Virus record (IMG/VR): IMGVR_UViG_3300009082_000002
Coordinates: 43,407-107,406 of that record
Source: a virus
Reading direction: 5' to 3' (one strand)
Length of the DNA stretch: 64,000 nt
Below are positions 44,078-53,300 of this stretch, piece after piece. Below the pieces are notes generated by a model. The model worked only from the letters and a program-made list of their open reading frames with translations, searched no databases and was not told the DNA's origin. The position numbers were made by a program, and so were the translations under genes. How positions within the stretch are numbered: the first letter of the stretch is position 1; each line of letters opens with the position of its first letter.

Positions 44078-44527
44078 ATGCTCGGCAAGGCGACTCTGGA
44101 ACCGGACCACCTGCCGGTCTCCAGGTTCGATCTTCTCGTGGTCGGCGTTCCCGTCCCGATCCACTTCGTGACCCTGTCGGGCATCGAGGAGGAGGGCGAG
44201 GTCGTCGAGCTGCCGGACCGGACGAAGGCGACCGGCGGACGCACGCGGGCCGTCGAGTTCACGGCGTCGATTCCGCTGCACCACACCGCGGAGTACCTGG
44301 CGTTGGAGCAGTGGTACGCGTCGGCGCACGACAAGGTCTTGCCCGACTACAAGCGGGCCGCGACCCTGTTGATCTGGAACCTCTCGCAGGGGCTCCCGCG
44401 GAGCTTCCTGCTGGAGGGCGTCTGGATCTCCCGGCGTGCGCTGCCGGACCTCGACGCCAACAACGATGGCGAGATGGCCGTGGTCGAGTACACGTTCCAG
44501 GCCGACAACGTGGCTATCGGGACGTGA
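44078..44527 (+). CDS. tail tube protein (T4 gp19-like)
   Basis: 149 aa after the sheath; FVTLSGI, YKRAATL, LDAN..AVVEYTF. Confidence 0.8.
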   Translation: MLGKATLEPDHLPVSRFDLLVVGVPVPIHFVTLSGIEEEGEVVELPDRTKATGGRTRAVEFTASIPLHHTAEYLALEQWYASAHDKVLPDYKRAATLLIWNLSQGLPRSFLLEGVWISRRALPDLDANNDGEMAVVEYTFQADNVAIGT

Positions 44528-44603
44528 GCTAGGCAACGGCACTCACGGTTGACCCAGGCTGACCTCACAACCGCTCGCCACGCGAGCTGACTTGGAGGGT
44601 GCC

Positions 44604-45455
44604 ATGACCCAGGATCAGGAACAGACCTCGGGGAGCGAGAGCGAACGCGCTCCCGCTTTCACTTTCAAGACCGTTGCGAAGCAGGGCTTTCAGCTCCCCA
44701 TCGGCGCGCTCGAAGGCGATGCGCTTGACAAGGCCTTCGCCTTTCGTCCGTACACCATGGCCGAAGACAAGGCCATCGCCAGAGACATCGCGCACGACCC
44801 GCAGGCCACGGAGTCGGCAAAGGTCACGGCTGCCCTCAAGCACACGCTGATCACGCTGGGCTCGCGCGACCTGTCAGAGGCCAAGCCCGAGCAAGTTGAA
44901 GCGGCAGTCAAGGGCATGTTCTTCGGCGATGTGATGTACGCGTACCTCCTCCTCCGCATCGTGTCGGTCGGCAAGGAGGTCAAGTTCCCCTACTCCTGCC
45001 CGTTCTGCCGGACGCCGTTTATCTTCACGGGCGACCTCAACACCGTGAGGGTGACGTGCTTCGATGACCCATCGCGGTTGGAGGACGTGGTCATGCTGCC
45101 GATGCCGTGGCGTGTCCGCGGGATCGACGCGCGGCGCGTTCTGCTGCGACCCTCGCCGTGGGGGATGATCGAGGGCCGGATGCCGACGCCGGTTCACTAT
45201 CAAGCCGCGATCATGCAGGGCGCCATCGCTGGTATCGACGACAAGAGCGAAGGCCCCTTCGCTGGCGAGCGCATCCGCCTCGCACCGACCGAGGTCGACA
45301 CGATGCCAAAGCGCGTGGTGAACCTGCTCAACGACGCGGTCGCCATCGCCAACGGTGGCCCGCGGTTGAACGTGACGACGGCTTGCCCGTCGCCGCAGTG
45401 CAAGGCCGATCTCGACGAGCCGCTGAACTGGAGCTTTGACAATTTTTTCGGCTGA
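44604..45455 (+). CDS. tail assembly chaperone / T4 gp26-like hub assembly protein
   Basis: FRPYT, GDVMYAYLLLR, CPFC, CPSPQC, ends NFFG. Confidence 0.7.
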   Translation: MTQDQEQTSGSESERAPAFTFKTVAKQGFQLPIGALEGDALDKAFAFRPYTMAEDKAIARDIAHDPQATESAKVTAALKHTLITLGSRDLSEAKPEQVEAAVKGMFFGDVMYAYLLLRIVSVGKEVKFPYSCPFCRTPFIFTGDLNTVRVTCFDDPSRLEDVVMLPMPWRVRGIDARRVLLRPSPWGMIEGRMPTPVHYQAAIMQGAIAGIDDKSEGPFAGERIRLAPTEVDTMPKRVVNLLNDAVAIANGGPRLNVTTACPSPQCKADLDEPLNWSFDNFFG

Positions 45456-45652
45456 TACGGCCGGGCCTGGGGCTAACCCTTGACGAGCTGGTCGAGACCA
45501 CGTTCCAGATCTCGTATCACACCAAGGGCGGTGTGCCTGCGCAGTACATCGACTCGCTGCCGCCGGCCGAGGTCGGCCTCTATATGGAGCACCTCATCGC
45601 GCAGCGCAAGCGGGAGAACAAGGAAGCGAAGCGGCTCGCGGGGAAGAAGTAG
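45443..45652 (+). CDS. -1 frameshift extension of the tail assembly chaperone
   Basis: Slippery T TTT TTC at 45443-45449; -1 frame open for 67 codons (RLIRPGLGLTLDELVETTFQISYH...LAGKK) to TAG 45652. Confidence 0.7.
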   Translation, partial: FFRLIRPGLGLTLDELVETTFQISYHTKGGVPAQYIDSLPPAEVGLYMEHLIAQRKRENKEAKRLAGKK

Positions 45653-45662
45653 GAGCTAGGCC

Positions 45663-48266
45663 ATGCCAACGCAGATGGGCCTTTTCGCTCGACTTCAGTT
45701 TGACGGCGGCAAGGCCGTCAGCGGGATGCGCTCGGCAAGTGGGGCCTTCAAGGGCCTCGCTGTCTCTGCGCGCGGTGCACAGCAGGCCACAGCCGGCGTC
45801 AAGCAGGCAATGGGAAGCCTCACCATCGCGTCGGCCGCGATTGCTGGCGTCCTCGGGATCGGGCTGAAGAAGGCAGCCAGCTTCGAGTCACAGATGGCCA
45901 CGGTCAACGGACTCATCAAGCTCAACGCGAAAATCTCTGGCCAGTCGGCAGAGTCAGCGGAAAAGGATTTTCAGGATCTCTCGAACCTCGCCAAGAAGCT
46001 GGGAGCTTCAACGCGGTACTCTGCGACGCAAGCCGCCGAGGGAATTGAAATTATGTCGAAGGCCGGCTTCGGCGTGCAAGACGTCATTGCTGGCTTGCCG
46101 GGAATTTTGAACACTGCTGCGGCAGAAAATATGAATCTTGCGGATGCGACTGATATCGTTTCCGGCGTGCTTCGTCAATTCCGCTGGGATACGGGCAAGG
46201 CGGGAAAGATTGCGGACATCCTTGCGGCAGCAAGCGCAGCGACCAGCACAGACATGCGGGATCTTGGCGAAGCCTTCAGGTATGGAGGCTTACAAGCGGC
46301 CAACCTTGGGTTGAGCGTTCAGGAAACGGCGGCCCTCTTCGGTATTTTTTCGAACTCGACTCTTAAGGCTTCAGTCGGCGGCACCTCGTTGATGAACATG
46401 CTCCTCGGCTTCGTAAAGGGTGTGAAAGGAAAGGGTGGAGCCGCCGAGACACTTAAAAAGTGGGGCGTTCAAGTCAAAGACCAGCAAGGCAATCTTCGCA
46501 ATATCGGTTTGATCTTTCGTGATCTTGCTGAAGTGATCAACAAGACCAGCGGCAATCTGACGAAAGCATCGGAACTCGAAACAGTCTTTGGAGTCCGTGG
46601 CGTGAAGGGCGTAATGGCCCTGATCAACGCACAAGGAGAAGCGAAGGACGCCTTTGGTAAGACTGCTAACGCCGTCGCTCTTTTGTCTGAACGACTCGAC
46701 GTTGACGGCGCAGCCGCGATCCTTGCAGAATCCAAGCTCGACTCCTTGAGCGGGCAGCTTATCATCCTCGGTAGCGCGCTCGAAGGATTCGCGATCGAAG
46801 CAATGGAGCCGTTCCTCAAGGGGATGACTGGTGGCGTGAAGGGCTTTGCCGCAAGTATCGGTGACGCTGCGTCCGCGTTGCGTTTTCTCAATACGGATTC
46901 GAGCCAGCGTTCTGAAGACTTGCTCAAGACGTGGGATGCCCTGCCCGAGTCGACCAAGGAATTCGCGCAGGGCGTGATGGAGGGGATCACCGGGATCAAG
47001 GAAGGTTTCGCATCGTTGAAGCAGACCTTCAGCGGTGTGCTTGATATGTTCGGCGTCGGCGGTTCGCCACGCGAAGCCGCGAAGCTGATGACCCAAGTCA
47101 TCGGTCTCGCACCTGCGATTCTCGGCCTTGCGGCTGCACTCAAGGTTCTTTCGCTTGGCTTCGGCGTCGCGGCCGGCGGCGTGAAAACACTTGTCGGCGC
47201 GACGAAAATGGGGGTTGGCGTTGGCCGTGCCGGGTATGGTGCGGGCAAGGGAATCTTTGGTGCGCTCGCACGCTTTGGCGCAGGTCGCATTCCAGGTGGT
47301 GCTCTTGCGGCAGCTGGCGTTGAAGCGGCGATGGCGCAAGGAACTCCGGTCTATGTCACGAATTTTCAAGAGCTGGCCGCGATGGGTATAGGCGGCGGCC
47401 CACTGTCGAGCAAGCTCGGGGGAGCTGCCGCTCCTGCCGGTGCAACTGCTCTAGGTGCAGCCAGCAGCAAGGCCGCTGCCGCGGCCGGTCTCGGACTTGG
47501 ATCGAAGGCTGCGATGGCAGCCGGGCCGCTCGCGATCCTCACTGGTGGTCTGGCGTTGTTCGGGAACGCTGTCTATCAGTCGATCAATTCGATTGGCGAC
47601 TTCGAGGCGCTCGTTGCGAAGTCCCCGCTTCGCGGAATGTACGAACAGGAGAAGAAGGCGCAAGAGGCTAGAGAAGAAGCCTTGCGGCAGCGTGCAAGAG
47701 CGGATGCGGCGAAACGTCAGGAAGAATTCGGCGGCAAGATGTCATTCGAGACACTTGCAATCGCCAAGCGCATGGGCGGAAAGTATCTCGAACGTGCTCG
47801 CACCGGGTTGCTCGGACAGGCAGAACAGCTCGCAGCACAAGGTGACGTCAGCAAGTCCACGCGTATCCTTCGAGAACTGGACATGCCTTTTCAGGTCAAG
47901 CAGGGCGAGCAAGGGCCGTCAATCGCAATGACGGCGCAAGCTAGAGGCCGGCTTGAACAACTCCGCAAGACGAAGACGATGACGTCACAGGAGCGTGGTG
48001 AGTACGAGCAGTTGAAAGAGATGCAGGCGCAGTTGCACATGATTGGGATCGCGCTTGCGTCACGAGGCGCGGCGGCAGAGCCGCTTGAGGCAACGGCTAC
48101 GCTTCAAGTGAATGTACAAATGGAAGCGGAACCGGTAGCGCGCGCCCTGCAGAAAGCGAAGATGAGGTTCGACAAGAGTCGTGGCGTGGTTCATGAACCA
48201 GAGACGCAGCGCACGATGGAATATACCGGCTTTGAACCCGCGCCAATAGAGGCGAGTGTGCCGTAG
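45663..48266 (+). CDS. tape measure protein (TP901-like core)
   Basis: AKKLGASTRYSATQAAEG, ADILA, LGEAFRY, GTSL, LDSLSGQ..L.SALEG. Confidence 0.9.
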   Translation: MPTQMGLFARLQFDGGKAVSGMRSASGAFKGLAVSARGAQQATAGVKQAMGSLTIASAAIAGVLGIGLKKAASFESQMATVNGLIKLNAKISGQSAESAEKDFQDLSNLAKKLGASTRYSATQAAEGIEIMSKAGFGVQDVIAGLPGILNTAAAENMNLADATDIVSGVLRQFRWDTGKAGKIADILAAASAATSTDMRDLGEAFRYGGLQAANLGLSVQETAALFGIFSNSTLKASVGGTSLMNMLLGFVKGVKGKGGAAETLKKWGVQVKDQQGNLRNIGLIFRDLAEVINKTSGNLTKASELETVFGVRGVKGVMALINAQGEAKDAFGKTANAVALLSERLDVDGAAAILAESKLDSLSGQLIILGSALEGFAIEAMEPFLKGMTGGVKGFAASIGDAASALRFLNTDSSQRSEDLLKTWDALPESTKEFAQGVMEGITGIKEGFASLKQTFSGVLDMFGVGGSPREAAKLMTQVIGLAPAILGLAAALKVLSLGFGVAAGGVKTLVGATKMGVGVGRAGYGAGKGIFGALARFGAGRIPGGALAAAGVEAAMAQGTPVYVTNFQELAAMGIGGGPLSSKLGGAAAPAGATALGAASSKAAAAAGLGLGSKAAMAAGPLAILTGGLALFGNAVYQSINSIGDFEALVAKSPLRGMYEQEKKAQEAREEALRQRARADAAKRQEEFGGKMSFETLAIAKRMGGKYLERARTGLLGQAEQLAAQGDVSKSTRILRELDMPFQVKQGEQGPSIAMTAQARGRLEQLRKTKTMTSQERGEYEQLKEMQAQLHMIGIALASRGAAAEPLEATATLQVNVQMEAEPVARALQKAKMRFDKSRGVVHEPETQRTMEYTGFEPAPIEASVP

Positions 48267-48278
48267 AGGAGGACCGCC

Positions 48279-49121
48279 GTGGCGGGATATAGCTTCTTTC
48301 GACGGCCGACGACCTGGCGGCTCTGGAATACGGATACCTGGGAAAGCATTGAGTCCGGGCACGAGATCGACGGCGACATCACCGAAGCCTTTGGCGGCAA
48401 CTGGGTCGAGGCAGAGGCGCCCGGGATGAACGATCCGCTCCAGCAGTGGACAGCCGGTCGGCAAAAAACCGTCACGCTCGACCTCTTCTTCTTTGCGGAA
48501 TTCTTCTTCAGTGACATCGTCGGCAAGATCAACTTGCTGAAGCGGTGGGCCGAGCTGGACCTGCATCTCTCCCCACCGCGCGTGCCACGTCTGTTGCTCG
48601 ACTACGGTGAGGCGTTTCAGATCCCGTGCAAGCTGGAAGCGGTCGGCGCGCTCCGGTGGGAAGGTCGGCTGCGTGACGATGGCACACCGCGGATCGCTCG
48701 TGTCTCGCTCACGTTGCGGAGATGGATCGACTCGATCCAGTACGAACCGACTGACCCGACTGCGCAGCCGCACTCCACGATCTATCACACCGTCCAGTCG
48801 GGTCAGACCTTCGAGCACATCGCGGCTCGTCGGTACGGATCGGAGAACGCGATCCTCGGCGTGCTCCTGCGGCAGGATAACCCGGCCAGTGTGCACCTCG
48901 TCGAGGGCGAGCAGATCGAAGTCACCGACCTGGACAAGGTCTCTGACCGCGTCATTGCTGGCACCTTCCCGCTCTTCGCAGACAGCGCTCTCGCGGATGC
49001 GGCTCTGAAGTCCCACTGGGATCTCCGCAGCGGCCAGGCGCAGACGGCTGATGGCCGTGGCGTTGCCGCGACAGACGCAGGTCTCTCCGTGTTGCCGATT
49101 CTGTTCGGCGTCGGAGGATAG
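48279..49121 (+). CDS. tail tube initiator with LysM-like domain
   Basis: LQQWTAG..TLDLFF, DGTPRIA, HTVQSGQTFEHIAARRYG. Confidence 0.7.
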   Translation: MAGYSFFRRPTTWRLWNTDTWESIESGHEIDGDITEAFGGNWVEAEAPGMNDPLQQWTAGRQKTVTLDLFFFAEFFFSDIVGKINLLKRWAELDLHLSPPRVPRLLLDYGEAFQIPCKLEAVGALRWEGRLRDDGTPRIARVSLTLRRWIDSIQYEPTDPTAQPHSTIYHTVQSGQTFEHIAARRYGSENAILGVLLRQDNPASVHLVEGEQIEVTDLDKVSDRVIAGTFPLFADSALADAALKSHWDLRSGQAQTADGRGVAATDAGLSVLPILFGVGG

Positions 49122-49606
49122 TGATGGCCGAGACATTCGCCAGCGTCGTCTTCGAGCGGCTGGACGGGAGCACCTGGTCTAGAACTTCTGTTCAAGACCT
49201 CGGTTCGCTCATCGCCGGGACGCCCGGTGCTGCGGTCGATCTTCGCGTGCGGAACATCGGGAAGGATCGCGAGGACGTGTTCCTTTACTTGGCCTCCGAA
49301 TCTGGCAGTCTCGAAGCCGCAGACTTGGCGACCATGCTCGCCTGGGGTGACGGCGGAGACGGCTTCCAGGTTCAGCAAAAGAACGGACCACTCGCCGGGG
49401 ACTGGGGCGCGTGGACCAGCTTCAGCAACGCTGTCTCCTCGATGCTTCTCTCACGCTACGGTGTGGACCCGGTTCAAGCAAGCGACGGCTTGCTACCGAA
49501 GGCCAAGGCTTGCCGCTTCCGTTGTCGGCTCGCTGTGCCGAGTGGTACGGCGAGCAGGAGCAGGCGGTACAAACCGCGCCTCGGCGTGCGCTACGTTGCG
49601 GCGTGA
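49121..49606 (+). CDS. hypothetical tail-region protein
   Basis: GGAGG SD; start 49121 or 49124. Confidence 0.55.
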   Translation: MMAETFASVVFERLDGSTWSRTSVQDLGSLIAGTPGAAVDLRVRNIGKDREDVFLYLASESGSLEAADLATMLAWGDGGDGFQVQQKNGPLAGDWGAWTSFSNAVSSMLLSRYGVDPVQASDGLLPKAKACRFRCRLAVPSGTASRSRRYKPRLGVRYVAA

Positions 49607-49614
49607 GGTGAGTC

Positions 49615-50850
49615 GTGCCCGACTTCTGGGACGTGCAAGGGACTCCGACCTTCGCATTGAAGGTGAACAACATCCGCATCAATCAGGATATGGCTCGTTT
49701 GATCGAATCAGTGTCGTGCCAGTACTCCAACGACGCGGCGGATAGCATCAGCCTCACCATCAAAGACCCGGAATTGCGTTTCGTCGACGAGAAGGTTTTT
49801 GCCGAGGGCAACGTCATTGATCTTTGGATGGGCTACGACCATCGCAATCATTACATGGGCCGCGGGATCTTCTTCGAGCCGCCGAGCGGCTCTGCGCCAG
49901 GTAGTGGCGACTGCCAGATCCATGTGGTCGCGCACAGTGCCGCGCGTCGGATGATGGAACACGGGAAGAAAAAGGGAGGGCGTCGTTTCGGCGGGTATAG
50001 TGACCGGCTGCACGACAAGGAGATCGTGGACACACTGGCGCGCGACTACGCCTTCAAGCCCGCCACTGTCGCGACGATTCAGAAACGAAAATCGTTCAAG
50101 TCGCAGGGGATGAGCGACTGGGAATTCGTCCGGCGGCTGGCGCACCTCAACGGGTACCGTGTCTGGGTCGAGTGGATTCCCGAAAATCTCACGACCGACA
50201 ACCGCGGAGACATCAACCAGGGCCAGTGGAATCTGTGCTTTCTCCCGCCCGGCCTTCAGCCTTGGCGTCCGCGTCACCTCGAACCGAAAGGTTACGAGTT
50301 CGTCTGGGGCACCACGATCCCGAAGCGTGGCAATCGCCTGCTGGACTTCTCGTGGAGCTTTGCGAGCGGCGGCGGTGCGAGCGAGGTCGAGGTGCTGCGC
50401 TTCGACCGCAAGACCTACAACTACGCCAGATATATCGCGCAGCTCGACGTCGAGGGGAAGCCATACGTCTTCAGCGGGCCGGATGCGCGCGAGCTGATCA
50501 AGGACGAGATCAAGACCGGTGCGCGGGTCGTGGCCTCGGTCTTCGGCAAGCAAGTTCACATCATCCGCGACAAGCCGTTCGCGTCGGAGCAAGAAGCGAC
50601 GGAGTTTGCCAAGACCTACCTTGAAAGGATCGCGACGTCCTTCGTCCACCTGCAAGGCACGCTCCCCGGCTTGCCAGACGTGCGCAAGTACTCGCGGCAC
50701 ACGTTCAAAGGCATCCCGGCGCGGCTGAAAGGCGAGTACGAGTTCATGGACGTCGAGCACACGATGAGCCGCAGCAGCGGCTACATGATCCGCTTCTCCG
50801 CGCGTCGCGCACCGGAAGGCCTGCTCGACATGAGCGTGGATCGGGTATAG
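49615..50850 (+). CDS. baseplate hub (P2 gpD/late control D-like)
   Basis: LWMGY, QGMSDWEFVRRLA, G.P, GEY..VEH. Confidence 0.8.
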   Translation: MPDFWDVQGTPTFALKVNNIRINQDMARLIESVSCQYSNDAADSISLTIKDPELRFVDEKVFAEGNVIDLWMGYDHRNHYMGRGIFFEPPSGSAPGSGDCQIHVVAHSAARRMMEHGKKKGGRRFGGYSDRLHDKEIVDTLARDYAFKPATVATIQKRKSFKSQGMSDWEFVRRLAHLNGYRVWVEWIPENLTTDNRGDINQGQWNLCFLPPGLQPWRPRHLEPKGYEFVWGTTIPKRGNRLLDFSWSFASGGGASEVEVLRFDRKTYNYARYIAQLDVEGKPYVFSGPDARELIKDEIKTGARVVASVFGKQVHIIRDKPFASEQEATEFAKTYLERIATSFVHLQGTLPGLPDVRKYSRHTFKGIPARLKGEYEFMDVEHTMSRSSGYMIRFSARRAPEGLLDMSVDRV

Positions 50851-50852
50851 CA

Positions 50853-51836
50853 ATGGCGGGCGTCAAGAGATTTCAGGCCGAGGTTACCAGCATCAAGGAC
50901 CCCGAGCGGCGCGGTAGGATCAAGGTGCGCTGCGAGTCGTTGCTCGACCGCGATGCAGAGGCGGGAGAGACCGAGGCGCCGGAGTTGCCAGACTGGCTGG
51001 AGCCGATGTTCCAGACGGCGGGCAACCCGGACAGGAACGGTGGGCGTGCCTATGGTCACTTCTTTGTTCCACGAGTCGGAGACATCGTCGAGATTTTCGT
51101 GGACGAGGATGCTGGTATAGAAACAGAGGATGGCTTGCGCTGGCTCTGTGCTGTGTACCCGAACGCAGCCGCGTTGCCCCTGGTCTTCAAGGGTGAGGCG
51201 GCGGATCTGGCGGGATGGGGTACCCCGGATGAACTCTATCCGCTGATCCAAGGGTACATCTCTCCGCTCGGCAGCGGGTGGCTCGTAGCCGATCTTCCAG
51301 ACAAGGACGGCAAGACCTACTCGTTCATGTCCCTGTTCCACCGTGCTGGCAGCTCTGGGCCGTGGCACGTCATCACGATGGGGGCGCAGAACGGTTTTAG
51401 CGGTCCCGTCATCTTCCTGGCTGACGGCCGTTTGAACAGCATCAGCATCGAGTACGACGAAGATCGGATCACCGTTCAAACTACAGACGGCCATCGCATC
51501 ATGCTCCAGCCCGATGGGATCGAAGTCGAGCACAGCTCCGGAGCCAAGCTCTCGGTTCAGCAGACCTTCATCGAAGTTCTTTCTGGCGGTGGCGAGGCTG
51601 TCAAGATCGACGACGCAGGTGGCATCACCATTGGAACTGGTGCGACGGAGCCGCTCGTTCTCGGTACCTCGTTCACGAACTTGCTGCTACTCGCGCTCGG
51701 TGAAATTTTGAATCATACTCATGCCGGTGGGGCGATCCCGTCTATGGACCCGCCCTTCAGCTCGAACCTTGCAGCGGTCATCAATACGCTAGCTCTGAAC
51801 GTCCACCTTTCCGACTTGGCGAAGACGAAGAAGTGA
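50853..51836 (+). CDS. baseplate spike (gpV/gp5 OB-fold)
   Basis: DPERRGRIKV, FFVPRVGD.V, C-terminal HTH metal motif. Confidence 0.85.
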   Translation: MAGVKRFQAEVTSIKDPERRGRIKVRCESLLDRDAEAGETEAPELPDWLEPMFQTAGNPDRNGGRAYGHFFVPRVGDIVEIFVDEDAGIETEDGLRWLCAVYPNAAALPLVFKGEAADLAGWGTPDELYPLIQGYISPLGSGWLVADLPDKDGKTYSFMSLFHRAGSSGPWHVITMGAQNGFSGPVIFLADGRLNSISIEYDEDRITVQTTDGHRIMLQPDGIEVEHSSGAKLSVQQTFIEVLSGGGEAVKIDDAGGITIGTGATEPLVLGTSFTNLLLLALGEILNHTHAGGAIPSMDPPFSSNLAAVINTLALNVHLSDLAKTKK

Positions 51837-51887
51837 TCTAGGATAGGCCGACACAGTCGAGCCTTTGAAGGAGGAGGAAGAAAGAAG

Positions 51888-52463
51888 ATGGCCAACAAGA
51901 ACGTGACATTCGGAGACATCGAGAAGATCGCGAAGTCCGCAGTGACCGAGGACAAGGAGAGCGTGGACCAGTTCTGCGACCGTGTGCAGGCGGCGTTCCG
52001 GCGGGTCTGCGACGACATCCGCACGGCCAACAAGACCGACACCGTCTTCGGCAAGTTGCAGATGAGCGAGAAGTACCAGACCAACGACATCCCGCGCGTG
52101 CAGACCTGGTCGCTCTGGCTCAATCGGTTCTATGCCGGCTTCGCCGTGGTGAAGAACTCGCACGTCGCCAAGTTCTACAAGGTGCCGATCAGCGACGACG
52201 GCAGCGACATCAAGTTCGATCTCGCCAAGGTCGCGGAGGTCCGCGAGGACTGGATCGCCAAGGCCGAGGGGTTCTGCATCGAATTCGAGCCCGCGCTCTG
52301 GTCGCCGCTCCTCTTCGGCACGACCGAGAAGGCGGTCGGCCCTGGTGGTCATGTGCCGGACGGAACCGGCCCACATGGTCGCGGCGTGGGCCCCGGCAAG
52401 GGCAAGCGCGACGGTTCGGGCATGGCCAAGGAAGAGGACGAGGACAAGGGCAAGGGCAAGTAG
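51888..52463 (+). CDS. hypothetical protein with Gly-rich C-terminal motif
   Basis: AAGGAGGAGG SD; IAKS/IAKA/TEKA motifs; PDGTGPHGRG. Confidence 0.6.
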   Translation: MANKNVTFGDIEKIAKSAVTEDKESVDQFCDRVQAAFRRVCDDIRTANKTDTVFGKLQMSEKYQTNDIPRVQTWSLWLNRFYAGFAVVKNSHVAKFYKVPISDDGSDIKFDLAKVAEVREDWIAKAEGFCIEFEPALWSPLLFGTTEKAVGPGGHVPDGTGPHGRGVGPGKGKRDGSGMAKEEDEDKGKGK

Positions 52464-52467
52464 AGCA

Positions 52468-52902
52468 GTGACCGAGAAGACCAAGAGCAAGCTAGGGCAG
52501 TGGGCCGCAGTCTTGACCGGGCTTGCTGCCCTCGTCGGCGCGCTGGTCGCGACCTGGGCCACCGTCGTCGCTCCGCATCTCGAAGCGAACACCAAGGTCA
52601 ACCAGGACCAGGGCGCGAAGCTCGACGGCTTCTATGGCTTGTTCAAGACGGTCATCGAGGAGCAACGCCGACAAGTCGACTCGCTCGCGGCTGACCTGCG
52701 CGAGCTGCGCAGGGAGATCGCGGACGACAAGCGTGTGCGAAGTCTGCGCCACGCGATGCGGACGACGGGACACGCGCCCGCCTCTGTCGAGCCTGCTGCA
52801 GAGCTGAAGGCTAGTCACGAGGAGAAGCCGGAGCCCGCGTTGCCCGCAAGCCTTGAGATCTTCGTCCAGAAGGCGTCGGCCCCGTCCGCGCCAGGAGATT
52901 AG
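52468..52902 (+). CDS. membrane-anchored coiled-coil protein
   Basis: N-terminal TM helix then coiled coil. Confidence 0.55.
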   Translation: MTEKTKSKLGQWAAVLTGLAALVGALVATWATVVAPHLEANTKVNQDQGAKLDGFYGLFKTVIEEQRRQVDSLAADLRELRREIADDKRVRSLRHAMRTTGHAPASVEPAAELKASHEEKPEPALPASLEIFVQKASAPSAPGD

Positions 52903-52903
52903 A

Positions 52904-53299
52904 ATGGCAGAGCCGCAGGGGGTCTCGCTGCCGGTCCGGCGCACATCACGCGGCGGCTTTGCCATCGCGGTCGGCGACAGCTACATCCGCGAGGTCGTCA
53001 TGCGTGCGGTCTCGCCTAACTTCTCCGAGCACCCCTTCGAGGTGCTCTACATGGAAGAAGACACGGTCTTCGCCAACCAGAGCCCGGCGCTCCGGGCGAA
53101 GGTCGTGGACAGCCTGTACCGCGTCTTCGCGTACCTCGAAGGTCGCGGCATCGCCCGGCTCGCCGACTCCGGCGGGATCTCCTTCGAGAAGGGCGACGCA
53201 GACGGCGAGCTGAAGCTGGTCGTCGAGTACCTCAACCTCAAGACCCAAGACCCGGGTGTCGTGACGCGCACGCTCCGACCGCGGGCGACCGGGGTGTAG
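52904..53299 (+). CDS. baseplate wedge / sheath initiator (gp25-like)
   Basis: GVSLP..GG, E.R..L, VEY pattern; position before the gpJ-like gene. Confidence 0.6.
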   Translation: MAEPQGVSLPVRRTSRGGFAIAVGDSYIREVVMRAVSPNFSEHPFEVLYMEEDTVFANQSPALRAKVVDSLYRVFAYLEGRGIARLADSGGISFEKGDADGELKLVVEYLNLKTQDPGVVTRTLRPRATGV

Positions 53300-53300
53300 C

